DNA from: a bacterium
GTDB taxonomy: Bacteria; Patescibacteriota; Minisyncoccia; UBA6257; JAGOQP01
Assembly (NCBI GenBank): GCA_021780155.1
Contig: JAJXZH010000032.1
Location: 8,889-72,888 of the forward strand
Length of the DNA: 64,000 bases
Direction of reading: 5' to 3'
This document shows positions 17,438-26,890 of the stretch, piece after piece. Each line of letters opens with the position of its first letter. Position 1 is the first letter of the stretch. The notes under the pieces were generated by a model, which searched no databases, was not told the origin of the DNA, and was given only the letters and a program-made list of their open reading frames with translations. A program made the position numbers and the translations under genes.

Positions 17438-17857
17438 ACTTAGTTTGACAAGAGTTTTCTAAAATATATAATAAAAAGAATTAATTATTATTTTTTTCTA
17501 TTTCAGAAAATCTCGCTCGAAGGCGGCGTCCTCGTGTTATTTTAGTCGCCGAGAGGGCGGGGATGAATGGGGGGTGCGTCACGGCTCTGCTGTGATACAC
17601 TAGTTTCATGAGGATTCAAAACCTAAATCATTCCACATATCAACATCAATATCACATTGTTTGATAAGGGCAGGGTATGCAGAATGGAATCCCAAAGAAT
17701 TAATTGAGAAAAAAGTTTTAGAAAGGATATTTCTTGGAAATTGACTTTTGTATTTTATATATAATTTTATTGATCGTTCCTAAATGTTATTAATTTTAAA
17801 AAAGCTATAATATTATCTAAACCAATAATTTAAATAATTAATAATCAATTTTGATAA

Positions 17858-18667
17858 ATGGAAAACATAATCAATCTAATTTCATATCCGTTTGTTTTGA
17901 GAGCAATATTTGCCGGTATTGTTACTGCGGCACTGCTGGCTTTCTTGGGAGTTTTTGTGGTGTTAAGAAAAATGTCTTTTTATAGCGATGGCATTGCACA
18001 TGCGTCTTTGGCTGGAGTGGCGGCGGGGATTTTGCTTTCCAGCCAGCCACTTTTATGGGCAATGATTGTTGGAGTTATTTTTGCGATTTTGGTTTTTTGG
18101 CTGGAAAAAAAGACAACGGTTTCGGTTGATGCTATTATTGGCGTTTTGTTTACCGCCAGTTTGGCTTTGGGAGTTGTTTTAATCAATCTCAAATCGGGAT
18201 ATCAGCCGGATTTAATCAGTTTTCTTTTCGGAAATATTTTAACGATTCAATATTCGGATATCTGGCTAATTTTAATTGTCGCTTTAATCACCGGCATTTT
18301 TATGATTGTGAAATACAAGCAATATTTACTCTTGTCGCTCAATAAGGATTTGGCTTATCTTTCCGGAATAAATCTTTCTTTATACGAGTTATTGTTTTAT
18401 ATCGCTCTATCGGTTTCGGTAATTTTGGGGATAAAAATAGTCGGAGTTGTTTTAGTGAGCGCTTTGGTGATTGTTCCGGTTTCTTCGGCGAAACTTTTTT
18501 CGTCATCGGCAAAATCTCTGGCCATTTGGAGCGTTATTTTGTCGGAGATATCAATGCTTCTGGGAATATTTTTATCGCTGGCGTTTAATCTGCCGACCGG
18601 CGCAACTATCGTTTTAACCGAGGCATTCATTTTCTTTGTATTGGTTTTAGCTCCGGCAAAGTCGTGA
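17858..18667 (+). CDS. znuB: Metal ABC transporter permease (ZnuB-like)
   Basis: Polytopic membrane protein resembling ZnuB/MntB. Confidence 0.75.
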   Translation: MENIINLISYPFVLRAIFAGIVTAALLAFLGVFVVLRKMSFYSDGIAHASLAGVAAGILLSSQPLLWAMIVGVIFAILVFWLEKKTTVSVDAIIGVLFTASLALGVVLINLKSGYQPDLISFLFGNILTIQYSDIWLILIVALITGIFMIVKYKQYLLLSLNKDLAYLSGINLSLYELLFYIALSVSVILGIKIVGVVLVSALVIVPVSSAKLFSSSAKSLAIWSVILSEISMLLGIFLSLAFNLPTGATIVLTEAFIFFVLVLAPAKS

Positions 18668-18693
18668 TAATTTTTTGAAATTTGAATTTTTAG

Positions 18694-19224
18694 ATGTATA
18701 ATTTTTTTATGAAAAAAAGGATAAATATATTGGCGTCTGTCGCTGTTTTTTTTGTCGGATTTTTTTGGGCTTTTTCGGCGCAAGCAATTTGTCCCATCTG
18801 CACGGTGGCGGTTGCCGGAGGAGTTGGGTTGGCAAGGTATTTTGGGGTTGATGATACGGTAACCGGAACTTGGGTTGGGGGGCTTATTGTTTCTTTGATT
18901 ATGTGGACTTTTGACTGGTTTAATAAAAAAAATATAAATTTTTGGGGGAAGAAAACTTTAACCGTTATTCTTTATTATGCGCTTGTCGCGGCGCCGTTGT
19001 TTTTTACTAATATTATTGGTCATCCGCTCAATAAGATGTGGGGAATGGATAAATTACTTTTGGGAATTTTAGCCGGAAGTTTGATTTTTTTGATTGCGGT
19101 TAATTTATATGAATATTTGAAAAAGAAAAATAACAATCACGCTCATTTTCCCTATGAGAAGGTTGTTTTCCCGGTGCTTGCTTTGTCTATTGTAAGCGGT
19201 ATATTTTATTTTATTACCAAATAA
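18694..19224 (+). CDS. Secreted/membrane hypothetical protein with CPIC just after the signal peptide
   Basis: Signal peptide ending ...FSAQA followed by ICPIC, then four TM helices. Starts 26 nt after the znuB-like gene. Confidence 0.45.
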   Translation: MYNFFMKKRINILASVAVFFVGFFWAFSAQAICPICTVAVAGGVGLARYFGVDDTVTGTWVGGLIVSLIMWTFDWFNKKNINFWGKKTLTVILYYALVAAPLFFTNIIGHPLNKMWGMDKLLLGILAGSLIFLIAVNLYEYLKKKNNNHAHFPYEKVVFPVLALSIVSGIFYFITK

Positions 19225-19253
19225 TTTAACGACAAATCTTTTTGCTTAAAAAT

Positions 19254-19790
19254 ATGGAAAAAGAAAATAATTTAAAAAAATTAAACGACTTTATTCAAAA
19301 AGTCGACGAAATGAAAAAGAAAGACAAAATGGATTTGTCTTCGGATCAGGATTTGAGTATCGCCATAATGAATCTGGTTTCTATTGAGGAGCATTTTTTC
19401 TTTACCGGAGCCAAGCTGGGAAAAACCGAATATTACGATATGATAAAAGACGTTCGCGAGATGAGAAAGGAGTTGCTTAAAAAAATAATCAAAGAATATG
19501 AAGGAGAGGTTTGGTGCATTTCAAAGCATTTACTCGCCGCTTCGATGCGTCTTATGGAGGTGGGGACAAAACAATTGGGTATGGGAAAAAAAGATGAGGC
19601 CTACGAACTTTTTGACAAGGCATATAACTTATACTCTCTTTTTTGGGGGTTAAATATGAAATTGATTAATGTTGGTGATGTGAAGAAAATAGATGACGAT
19701 GCTTTAAATCGTCATGATACAAAAAAAGGTGGTTTTATGGGAAAACTTGGGGAATTGGTTAAAAAAGCAATTGACTGTTGTGTGGAATAG
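19254..19790 (+). CDS. Hypothetical cytoplasmic protein
   Basis: ORF; ATG at 19254 is in frame with the track ORF at 19242. Confidence 0.4.
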   Translation: MEKENNLKKLNDFIQKVDEMKKKDKMDLSSDQDLSIAIMNLVSIEEHFFFTGAKLGKTEYYDMIKDVREMRKELLKKIIKEYEGEVWCISKHLLAASMRLMEVGTKQLGMGKKDEAYELFDKAYNLYSLFWGLNMKLINVGDVKKIDDDALNRHDTKKGGFMGKLGELVKKAIDCCVE

Positions 19791-19844
19791 AATAGAACCT
19801 AAATAAACACGGATTTTATACTCAGATTAACGCAGATTAAAATC

Positions 19845-19868
19845 AAAAAAGACCGGAGGGTCTTTTTT
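19845..19868. terminator. Bidirectional terminator
   Basis: aaaaaagaccggagggtctttttt, between convergent genes. Confidence 0.6.
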
Positions 19869-19896
19869 GATGGTAATAAAACAAAGTGTTTTGTAT

Positions 19897-20361
19897 TTAT
19901 TTTTTCTGTAAGTTTTTTATCTTTAAAATTTTATTTGCTATAAAAGCGCAAGCGATGGCAATAACAAAAGCGCCCGCGATGTCTAAATAGTGGTGTATTC
20001 CGACAGCAACCCTTGAAAGGCCAACCAATATTGCTATCAGCCACAAAATCAAGCTCAGGCGATTGTTAATAAACATCCAAATTGAAGCTATCGCTCCCAC
20101 CAACATGGCGTGGTCAGAAGGAAATCCATTGTCGGGAGAATGGGGGATTAATGGAATAAAGTTGTTCTGGACAAACGGTCGTGGATCATAATAAAAATGA
20201 CCCAAAATCTTTCCCAAAATGTAAGTGAGTGGCAAAGCAATAATTGCCATTAAAATCGTTTTGATTCTTTTGTCTTTTGATTGTCTCAAAAAATCGGCCA
20301 AGGCGATGAGTAGAACAAAGATATAAAGATATTTTGCTCCAAAAATAAGAATTGAGTCCAT
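19897..20361 (-). CDS. PAP2 family phosphatase (undecaprenyl-diphosphatase-like)
   Basis: Conserved PSDH...H motifs (GFPSDHAMLV) in a membrane protein. Confidence 0.65.
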   Translation of the reverse strand: MDSILIFGAKYLYIFVLLIALADFLRQSKDKRIKTILMAIIALPLTYILGKILGHFYYDPRPFVQNNFIPLIPHSPDNGFPSDHAMLVGAIASIWMFINNRLSLILWLIAILVGLSRVAVGIHHYLDIAGAFVIAIACAFIANKILKIKNLQKK

Positions 20362-20490
20362 ATTTTTTATGTTAAATATTTCAATTATTTATGATAGCAG
20401 ATTTTTTTAAAATTGTAATTTTTTATTTGACTAAGTCTTTATTTTGTTTTATAAATGTATTTAGCAGTTTGAAAAGAAAGGAGAGCTAAA

Positions 20491-21039
20491 ATGCCAAAGG
20501 AGTCAATAACAGCGGGGATTTGTTTGCTGTCTTTGAGTCCGCCGTCAATCTTGATGGTGTATGATGTGGGGGAGGTTATCATCCAAAAAGATGGCAGTAA
20601 ATATGTCAAACCACCGGCTTGGAAATTGCCGAGCGGTCGAGCAAAACATTTTGATGCGAGTCCAGCATCGACTGCCGTAAGGGAATTATTTGAAGAAACA
20701 GGTATTGAGATTGCAGAAAACAAATTGGACAAAGACTTGATGTTTCAGAGAGTAAAGCGTTCGTTTCGTCCCGACTCCGATTTTCATAGAGATATATTTT
20801 TTATGGTAATTTTGGAAAAGAGGGTCGCGACCGGAACTCCCATAGACCCCAAAATCAGGAAATCAAAGTTTGTACCCATTGATGATATTCCAATTCCGGG
20901 GAGCGGAATTGGGGAAGCGGAAGTTCCGTTGAGCCATATTGAGGCGATTAACGCCTTGATCGACAAAGCGTCGGATAGATTGATTTCTTTTGGAAAAAAT
21001 CCTTTCAGTTTTTATTTGCCGACAGAGGCAAGAGAATAA
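20491..21039 (+). CDS. NUDIX hydrolase
   Basis: Nudix box ...AVRELFEETGIEI. Confidence 0.65.
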   Translation: MPKESITAGICLLSLSPPSILMVYDVGEVIIQKDGSKYVKPPAWKLPSGRAKHFDASPASTAVRELFEETGIEIAENKLDKDLMFQRVKRSFRPDSDFHRDIFFMVILEKRVATGTPIDPKIRKSKFVPIDDIPIPGSGIGEAEVPLSHIEAINALIDKASDRLISFGKNPFSFYLPTEARE

Positions 21040-21056
21040 ATAGACAAATTAATTCC

Positions 21057-21081
21057 GTAAATTACAAATCCGCCATGCCGG
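21057..21081 (+). terminator. Rho-independent terminator
   Basis: Stem aatccgcc / loop atgcc / ggcggatt, followed by a T-run. Confidence 0.6.
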
Positions 21082-21160
21082 CGGATTTTTGTTGGCGAAA
21101 ACGGGAAGGATTTGAATCTTTGATGTTGTTGTTAGTGTAACGATTTTTTCCCGCACAAAG

Positions 21161-21247
21161 CGGAAGGTGGAGGATTCGAACCTCCGATCCCGTTTCCGGG
21201 ATACCGCATTTCAAGTGCGGCGCATTAGACCACTCTGCCAACCTTCC
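21161..21247 (-). tRNA. tRNA-Ser(UGA)
   Basis: 87 nt. Anticodon loop CTTGAAA, long variable arm CCCGGAAACGGG, T-loop TTCGAAT, discriminator G. Confidence 0.85.
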
Positions 21248-21295
21248 GCTTTAAGCGGGATTGCAATTTATAATTTTGTCTCGCTCAAACAAATC

Positions 21296-21670
21296 GGGAA
21301 AAATACCAAAAATCCAAAACCAATAAATGGTTTTGAATTTTGTGGACCGTAGCGGAATCTCACATCGTCCCGATAAATCGGGACTCTCTAAAACCATTCG
21401 GTTTTAGTATTTCCTCTACGGGGTATTTACAAAATACCCCGACCCCCAAAGATTCTAATCCACAAATATCCAAAAATCCAAAACCAATAAATGGTTTTGA
21501 ATTTTGTGGACCGTAGCGGAATCTCACATCGTCCCGATAAATCGGGACTCTCTAAAACCATTCGGTTTTAGTATTTCCTCTACGGGGTATTTACGAAATA
21601 CCCCGACCCCCAAAGATTCTAATCCGCAAATATCCAAAAATCCAAAACCAATAAATGGTTTTGAATTTTG
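21296..21670. repeat. Tandem 163-165-bp repeat (2 full copies plus a partial) directly downstream of tRNA-Ala(UGC); each copy contains the tRNA 3'-terminal 15-mer plus its trailer
   Basis: The string tgtggaccgtagcgga recurs at 21341, 21504 and 21669; the last instance is the real tRNA. Copies are over 95% identical. Confidence 0.8.
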
Positions 21671-21743
21671 TGGACCGTAGCGGATTCGAACCGCTGACCT
21701 CCTCGTTGCAAACGAGGCGCTCTACCAACTAAGCTAACGGCCC
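21671..21743 (-). tRNA. tRNA-Ala(UGC)
   Basis: Anticodon loop TTTGCAA, G3:U70, discriminator A, T-loop TTCGAAT. CCA is not encoded. Confidence 0.8.
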
Positions 21744-21749
21744 ATTTTT

Positions 21750-22349
21750 TTAACTCTTGTCAAAGCTCTTCATATAATCGACAAATTGGATATTGAGCCC
21801 GTTAATCTCGTCAATTTCGGAATTAATGGAATCTATAACCGAATTTATTTGCGCCACTCCATACAATCTTCCGGTCAATTTTTGTCTTAAAAGTTCCAGC
21901 AAATTTGAAAGATAATTATTGTAAGCGACTAGTTTATATATCAGCGTTGTTTCAGAACTTATCGCCACCAGCGCTGCTTCACCGGATTTTTGGGGTTTTA
22001 TGTTCGGAATTTCTTTTGCCATCGTTTCCAATTCTCCCGAAAGCTTAATGGCGGCATCTTGAGCGGAGGCATTTTTTTTCGCTTCTTCAATCAAAACATT
22101 TAACGCCTGAGTGCTTTGTCCGGCATTTTCAAGTTGCTGAATCAGTTTGAGATTTTGGGGGGTGTCCTTAACCGCGCCGGCGATTATTTGGGAATAATTC
22201 CAAGCCAATTGTCTGGCATTGGAAAAGTCGTCGGGGATTATTGAGCTGGAGCGAATCCAAATAAAATAGGAAATTAAAATAATTGCGATTAAAACAATTA
22301 TTGCTATCATAATCGCTCTGGTTTTTTTTGTCATCTTTCCCAAAGTCAT
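21750..22349 (-). CDS. Membrane-anchored hypothetical protein
   Basis: N-terminal TM helix; remainder helical and Ala/Gln-rich. Confidence 0.4.
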   Translation of the reverse strand: MTLGKMTKKTRAIMIAIIVLIAIILISYFIWIRSSSIIPDDFSNARQLAWNYSQIIAGAVKDTPQNLKLIQQLENAGQSTQALNVLIEEAKKNASAQDAAIKLSGELETMAKEIPNIKPQKSGEAALVAISSETTLIYKLVAYNNYLSNLLELLRQKLTGRLYGVAQINSVIDSINSEIDEINGLNIQFVDYMKSFDKS

Positions 22350-22482
22350 AAAATAAGATTACTTTTTGTTATTGAAAAAATCAAGAAATCTCAGTGGTAT
22401 TGTTTTTGGCGGTTTTTAAAAATAAAAACAGCATTGATTCACTTGTATTATTTTTTGATTTTTGATATTTTATCTTAAAGTT

Positions 22483-22553
22483 TCAAAAAATCGCGGGTAT
22501 CGTATATCGGTATTACCTCAGCTTTCCAAGCTGATGAGAGGGGTTCGACTCCC
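22483..22553 (+). tRNA. tRNA-Gly(UCC)
   Basis: Anticodon loop TTTCCAA, T-loop TTCGACT, discriminator T. A terminator hairpin aaatcccc/acca/ggggattt follows. Confidence 0.8.
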
Positions 22554-22788
22554 CTTACCCGCTCACGACAAAATCCCCACCAGGGGATTTTTGCTGTGAG
22601 TAGAAAGAGAGACAAATTTTTGCGACAGAAGAAATTTATTTGAGGGAGACCGACTTGACAACTAAAACAAAGACCATCTTGAATAAAGTGATTTTTTTAA
22701 TATAATGAATTATTAACTATCGGTTCAGTAAGGATTTTTTTGCCGTAAAACATTCTTTTGATATTTTTATAAATTTATTTAAACTCAA

Positions 22789-23790
22789 ATGAGCATCGAC
22801 TTTAATTTTTTAAAAGATAGAAAAAAATTTATTTTTTTTATTGCCGCCGTGTCGGCATTTTTAATTTTGGTTTTAATTTATTGGTTTTTTTTCAGCGCTC
22901 CGCAAAGGGGAGCCAAAGAAGAAACGTTTTCAATTTTGTCTTCCTATAGTTATTCTCAGGTAGTTGGTCAATTAAGGTCGTCGGGTTTTATAAGAAGCCG
23001 AACGGCTTTTGATTTTGCTTTTAGAGGAATTTCGAGAAGCAAAAAAATTTATTCCGGCGGATATATGATTTCAAAGTCAATGAACGTTTTTGAAATTGCG
23101 CGAATTTTATCGCATTCGCCATATTTAAGATGGGTGGTTATTCCCGAAGGATTAAGAAAGGAAGAAATTGCCGCCATTTTACAAAAAAATCTTAGCTGGA
23201 GCGATGCGCAAAAAAATGAATGGATAAATGTCGATACCAATCAATCACCGGATTATTTTGAAGGAGTTTACTTTCCCGATACTTATTTGGTTCCGATTTC
23301 GGAAAGCCCCTCTGATATAGCCAAAAGATTGGTGGCAAAATTTGAACAAGAATTTTCTCCTTACGCCCAACAAGCTCAAAAACAAAACATGAAGTGGACG
23401 ACGGTTCTAAAAATCGCATCAATTATTCAAAGAGAGGCGGCCGGGGCAAATGACGCCAAATTAATTTCGGGAATCATTTGGAATCGGCTTTTGAAAGGAA
23501 TGAAACTTGATATGGATTCTACCGTCCAATATGCCAGAGGAAACACCGGCGATGGCTGGTGGGCTCCAATTACGACAGCGGACAAACAGCTGGATTCCCC
23601 CTACAATACTTATAAATATTCAGGACTTCCCCCTCACCCGATAGACAATCCCGGAGTTATAGCCATTGATGCCGCTATAAATCCACAAAAAACTGATTGT
23701 CTCTATTATTTGCACGACCATTCCGGGCAAATTCACTGCGCCGTTGATTATCAACAGCATTTGAAAAATGTCCAAACTTATTTAAGATAA
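22789..23790 (+). CDS. mltG: Endolytic murein transglycosylase MltG (YceG-like)
   Basis: N-terminal TM helix; YceG domain with conserved Y.PDTY and later conserved blocks. Confidence 0.7.
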   Translation: MSIDFNFLKDRKKFIFFIAAVSAFLILVLIYWFFFSAPQRGAKEETFSILSSYSYSQVVGQLRSSGFIRSRTAFDFAFRGISRSKKIYSGGYMISKSMNVFEIARILSHSPYLRWVVIPEGLRKEEIAAILQKNLSWSDAQKNEWINVDTNQSPDYFEGVYFPDTYLVPISESPSDIAKRLVAKFEQEFSPYAQQAQKQNMKWTTVLKIASIIQREAAGANDAKLISGIIWNRLLKGMKLDMDSTVQYARGNTGDGWWAPITTADKQLDSPYNTYKYSGLPPHPIDNPGVIAIDAAINPQKTDCLYYLHDHSGQIHCAVDYQQHLKNVQTYLR

Positions 23791-23834
23791 AAAATAATAA
23801 TAAAGGCCGGAATTATTTAATTAAAAATAAAAAT

Positions 23835-24083
23835 ATGTTTTACGGATGTAACCCCACTTGGGGATTTGGTTGGATTTTTGGATTTATTTTTTGGATTTTG
23901 GTAATAGTTTTTATCGTCTCGGTTATAAAATGGGTTAAGCGGGGAAAATTTGAAAATTGTAAGAAAGATTTTCGGCACAACTGGTCTTGGCACAAATCAG
24001 CGGTTGATATTTTGAAAGAAAGATACGCCAAAGGAGAAATAGATAAAAAAGAGTTTGAAGAAAAAAAGAGAGATTTGGAATAG
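23835..24083 (+). CDS. SHOCT-domain small membrane protein
   Basis: One TM helix followed by a C-terminal YAKGEIDKKEFEEKKRDL SHOCT-like motif. Confidence 0.55.
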   Translation: MFYGCNPTWGFGWIFGFIFWILVIVFIVSVIKWVKRGKFENCKKDFRHNWSWHKSAVDILKERYAKGEIDKKEFEEKKRDLE

Positions 24084-24164
24084 GAAGACATTTTCCAAAA
24101 ACCGCTCATTTGTTTGGGGCGGTTTTTATTTTATTTAAATTGTGATAAAATAAAAAAATAAAAC

Positions 24165-24500
24165 ATGATTGAATATATTTTCTCTTTTTTTATTGGGGGA
24201 GTGGTAACGCTTGTTATAACTTATTTTGAAATCAACGGAATGCCGTTAGTTTCAAGATTAGCGGCGTTATTTCCCATATTCACCTGGCTTTCTTATGTTT
24301 TTATTGGTCAAGTTTCCGGTCCGGAAGCGGTTGCCAAACATTCACTTTTTGTTTTACTTGGAACTCTTGTTGCCTGGGTGCCTTATATGTTGGTGATTTA
24401 TTTTTTGGCTCCCAAAATCGGATCGACTAAAGCAATTGCCGCCGGCATTGTCACCTTCTTGATTTTAGCGACGATATTTTCTCTTATTTATAAAAAATAA
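24165..24500 (+). CDS. Small polytopic membrane protein, hypothetical
   Basis: ORF; four hydrophobic helices. Confidence 0.4.
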   Translation: MIEYIFSFFIGGVVTLVITYFEINGMPLVSRLAALFPIFTWLSYVFIGQVSGPEAVAKHSLFVLLGTLVAWVPYMLVIYFLAPKIGSTKAIAAGIVTFLILATIFSLIYKK

Positions 24501-24508
24501 TTTTTATT

Positions 24509-25003
24509 ATGCCAAAAACAAAATTAGCGGATATAAAAGAAATTCGCTCTCAGATAAAAGACATAACTACTCCCGGCAGATTTCAACAATTTACTCGTCT
24601 TGAAAAGGTGGCTATCTTTATAACCAAACGTGTCGGGACGATGGGATTTTTTCTGACGATTGCCGTTTGGAGTATCGGTTGGGTTTGCTGGAACTTGTTC
24701 GCTTCTCAGGGTTTAAGATTTGATCCGTTTCCGGCCTTTGTCTTGTGGCTTTTTATTTCTAATTTTATTCAAATTCTTTTGATGCCCCTTTTAATGGTGG
24801 GGGAAAATCTTTTGAATAAATATGCCGAGGCCAGAGCCGAAGCCGACTTTGCCATCAATAAAGTTTCCGAAAAGGAAATAGAATTGATTATTGAATATCT
24901 GGAAGATATTTCCGACAAAATAGAAAAAATGACCAAAACCGAAAAAGGGCAAACGGATGTCATGAAAGAAGTAAAAAGAAAAATCAGACAAACCCAAAAA
25001 TAA
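24509..25003 (+). CDS. DUF1003-like membrane protein
   Basis: Two TM helices with the FDPFPA motif typical of the family; coiled-coil C-terminus. Confidence 0.5.
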   Translation: MPKTKLADIKEIRSQIKDITTPGRFQQFTRLEKVAIFITKRVGTMGFFLTIAVWSIGWVCWNLFASQGLRFDPFPAFVLWLFISNFIQILLMPLLMVGENLLNKYAEARAEADFAINKVSEKEIELIIEYLEDISDKIEKMTKTEKGQTDVMKEVKRKIRQTQK

Positions 25004-25007
25004 TTTT

Positions 25008-25718
25008 TTATGCTTTGGCGACAACAAGAGCAATTATTTTTTTAGCGCCGTATTTTTTCAAAACCCTTGATGCTTCAAAAAGAGTGGCTCCGGAAGTAGA
25101 AACGTCATCCACTAAAATTATTTTTTTGCCGGCAATTTTTTGGGAATTTAATGATTGAAAACAATTTTTTACATTCTCTTTTCTATTTGAGAAATCTTTT
25201 TGTTTTGCTTGTTGGGGATTATTTTTTACTCTTTGGAGGAGATTTTCCTGAGGTAGTGAAAAATAATTTGCTACTGATTTTGCCATAACTTCCGACTGAT
25301 TAAATCCTCTTTTGCGAAGCTTTGTCGGATAAAGTGGTATTTGGGTGACTACAAAATCTTTCAGTTCGATCCCGGAGTTTTTAAGGCAAACAATAACCAT
25401 CGCCGAAAGAATATCTCCGATTTTAATTAATTCTTTATATTTAAAATTATGAATTAGAGCGGGGATTGGCGGAAAAAATTTTGATGCCGGAGCTAAAACA
25501 TAATTTGATTTGTGGCAGGCGGAATCGGAATTTGCCAACCTGGCTCCGCATTCGGGACAACGCAATGCCGAAAGGATTTGAATTTCGTCAAAGCAATTTT
25601 GACAAAGAAATTTTGATTGATCTTCTATATCTGTTCCACAATTGACACAAATTGGAGGGAAGATGATGTCCCAAGCGAGTTTCCAGATTGAAGAGGTGAT
25701 TTTTTTTGTTTTTTCCAT
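25008..25718 (-). CDS. comF: ComF family protein (double zinc-ribbon plus phosphoribosyltransferase domain)
   Basis: N-terminal CxxC...CxxC pairs; C-terminal PRTase motif ILVDDVSTSGATL. Confidence 0.75.
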   Translation of the reverse strand: MEKTKKITSSIWKLAWDIIFPPICVNCGTDIEDQSKFLCQNCFDEIQILSALRCPECGARLANSDSACHKSNYVLAPASKFFPPIPALIHNFKYKELIKIGDILSAMVIVCLKNSGIELKDFVVTQIPLYPTKLRKRGFNQSEVMAKSVANYFSLPQENLLQRVKNNPQQAKQKDFSNRKENVKNCFQSLNSQKIAGKKIILVDDVSTSGATLFEASRVLKKYGAKKIIALVVAKA

Positions 25719-25788
25719 TATAATGATTATAAAAGAAAATCAAAAAAATATTAATATTTTTTGAGGTTATTTTTCCAAGCGATTTTAT

Positions 25789-26874
25789 ATGTTTATATTT
25801 GATATATTTAAAAAAATTAGTTTAGGTCCATCTTCTTTTTTGGGGGTGGATATTGGCACGACTTCCATAAAGATTGCCGAATTATCAAAAGGAAAATCCA
25901 ATCCCAACTTGGTAAACTACGCCGTTTTAGAAAGTTATAGCCATTTTGAAAGAGCCAATAATGTAATTCAGGCCAATTCTCTTAAAATTTCAGAACCGGA
26001 AGCGACCGCTTTATTAAAGACGCTTTTAAAACAAGTAAAATTTTCCAGTAAAGCGGTTGTTGCCTCCATACCATCGTATGCTTCTTTTATAACTTTTATG
26101 GAAATGCCGGTGATGAGCCAGGCCGATACCGAAAAGGCGATGGGGTTTCAAATCAAACAAAATATCCCTTTGCCTCTTTCGGAAATTGCCGTCGATTGGA
26201 TAAGAGTAGGAGAGCGAACCGATGAAAATGGATTTTCAAAACAACAGATAATGCTCATCGCCATTCCTAATGAAACTATTAATAAATATAAAACTATTTT
26301 CAGAAATGCCGGATTGTCTTTGAGGGCGCTTGAAGTTGAAAATTTGGCTTTTTCAAGGGCGATAATTGGAGGTGATAAAACTGCAACTTTGGTTGTTGAT
26401 ATTGGAGCTCATTCTACTAATATCAGTGTCGTGGACCAATCGTTTTTAAAGCATAACACTCAAATTGATTATGCCGGAGATACGCTAACGGAAGCGGTCG
26501 TTAAGGGATTGGGGATAAGTTATAAAAGAGCCGAAGAATTAAAAAAACAAAGAGGTATTACCGGCGGCGTGGGCGAGTATGAGTTATCCACTTTGGAAAC
26601 TCCGTTCATTGATGTTATAATAAGTGAGGTCATTAAAGTAAAAGATAATTTTGAAAATAGTTTTGGAGTAAAAATTCAGCGATGTCTTTTAATCGGAGGG
26701 ACGGCTAATCTTTTGGGAATGGATAAATATTTTGAAAATCAATTGGGGTTGACGACGGCTTTGGGAAACGGATTGCTTTTTATATCAGTCCCACCACAAT
26801 TGAATGTCGTTGAAAAAGAACTTCAAACAAGATTTGCCGTTGCTATCGGACTGGCAATTAAAAATTTTATTTAG
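25789..26874 (+). CDS. pilM: Type IV pilus assembly protein PilM
   Basis: Actin-like ATPase fold with N-terminal GVDIGTTSIKIAEL. Confidence 0.75.
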   Translation: MFIFDIFKKISLGPSSFLGVDIGTTSIKIAELSKGKSNPNLVNYAVLESYSHFERANNVIQANSLKISEPEATALLKTLLKQVKFSSKAVVASIPSYASFITFMEMPVMSQADTEKAMGFQIKQNIPLPLSEIAVDWIRVGERTDENGFSKQQIMLIAIPNETINKYKTIFRNAGLSLRALEVENLAFSRAIIGGDKTATLVVDIGAHSTNISVVDQSFLKHNTQIDYAGDTLTEAVVKGLGISYKRAEELKKQRGITGGVGEYELSTLETPFIDVIISEVIKVKDNFENSFGVKIQRCLLIGGTANLLGMDKYFENQLGLTTALGNGLLFISVPPQLNVVEKELQTRFAVAIGLAIKNFI

Positions 26875-26890
26875 TAAAATACATACAACA

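Noticed and set aside
21167-21352. 61-aa ORF
   Set aside because: Lies antisense across tRNA-Ser and the tRNA-linked repeat.
21296-21690. Possible CRISPR array
   Set aside because: The repeat unit is about 165 bp, near-identical as a whole and has no unique spacers; no cas genes. It is a tandem duplication / tRNA-end repeat.
21671-21743. Initial reading of this tRNA as tRNA-Cys(GCA)
   Set aside because: Re-parsing the anticodon stem (cctcg/cgagg) gives the loop TTTGCAA with the anticodon UGC in the middle. With G3:U70 and A73, this is tRNA-Ala(UGC).
21161-21743. Integrated prophage or ICE at tRNA genes
   Set aside because: There are partial tRNA 3'-end duplications but no integrase, excisionase or phage genes in the window, and the units between duplications are only 165-175 bp.
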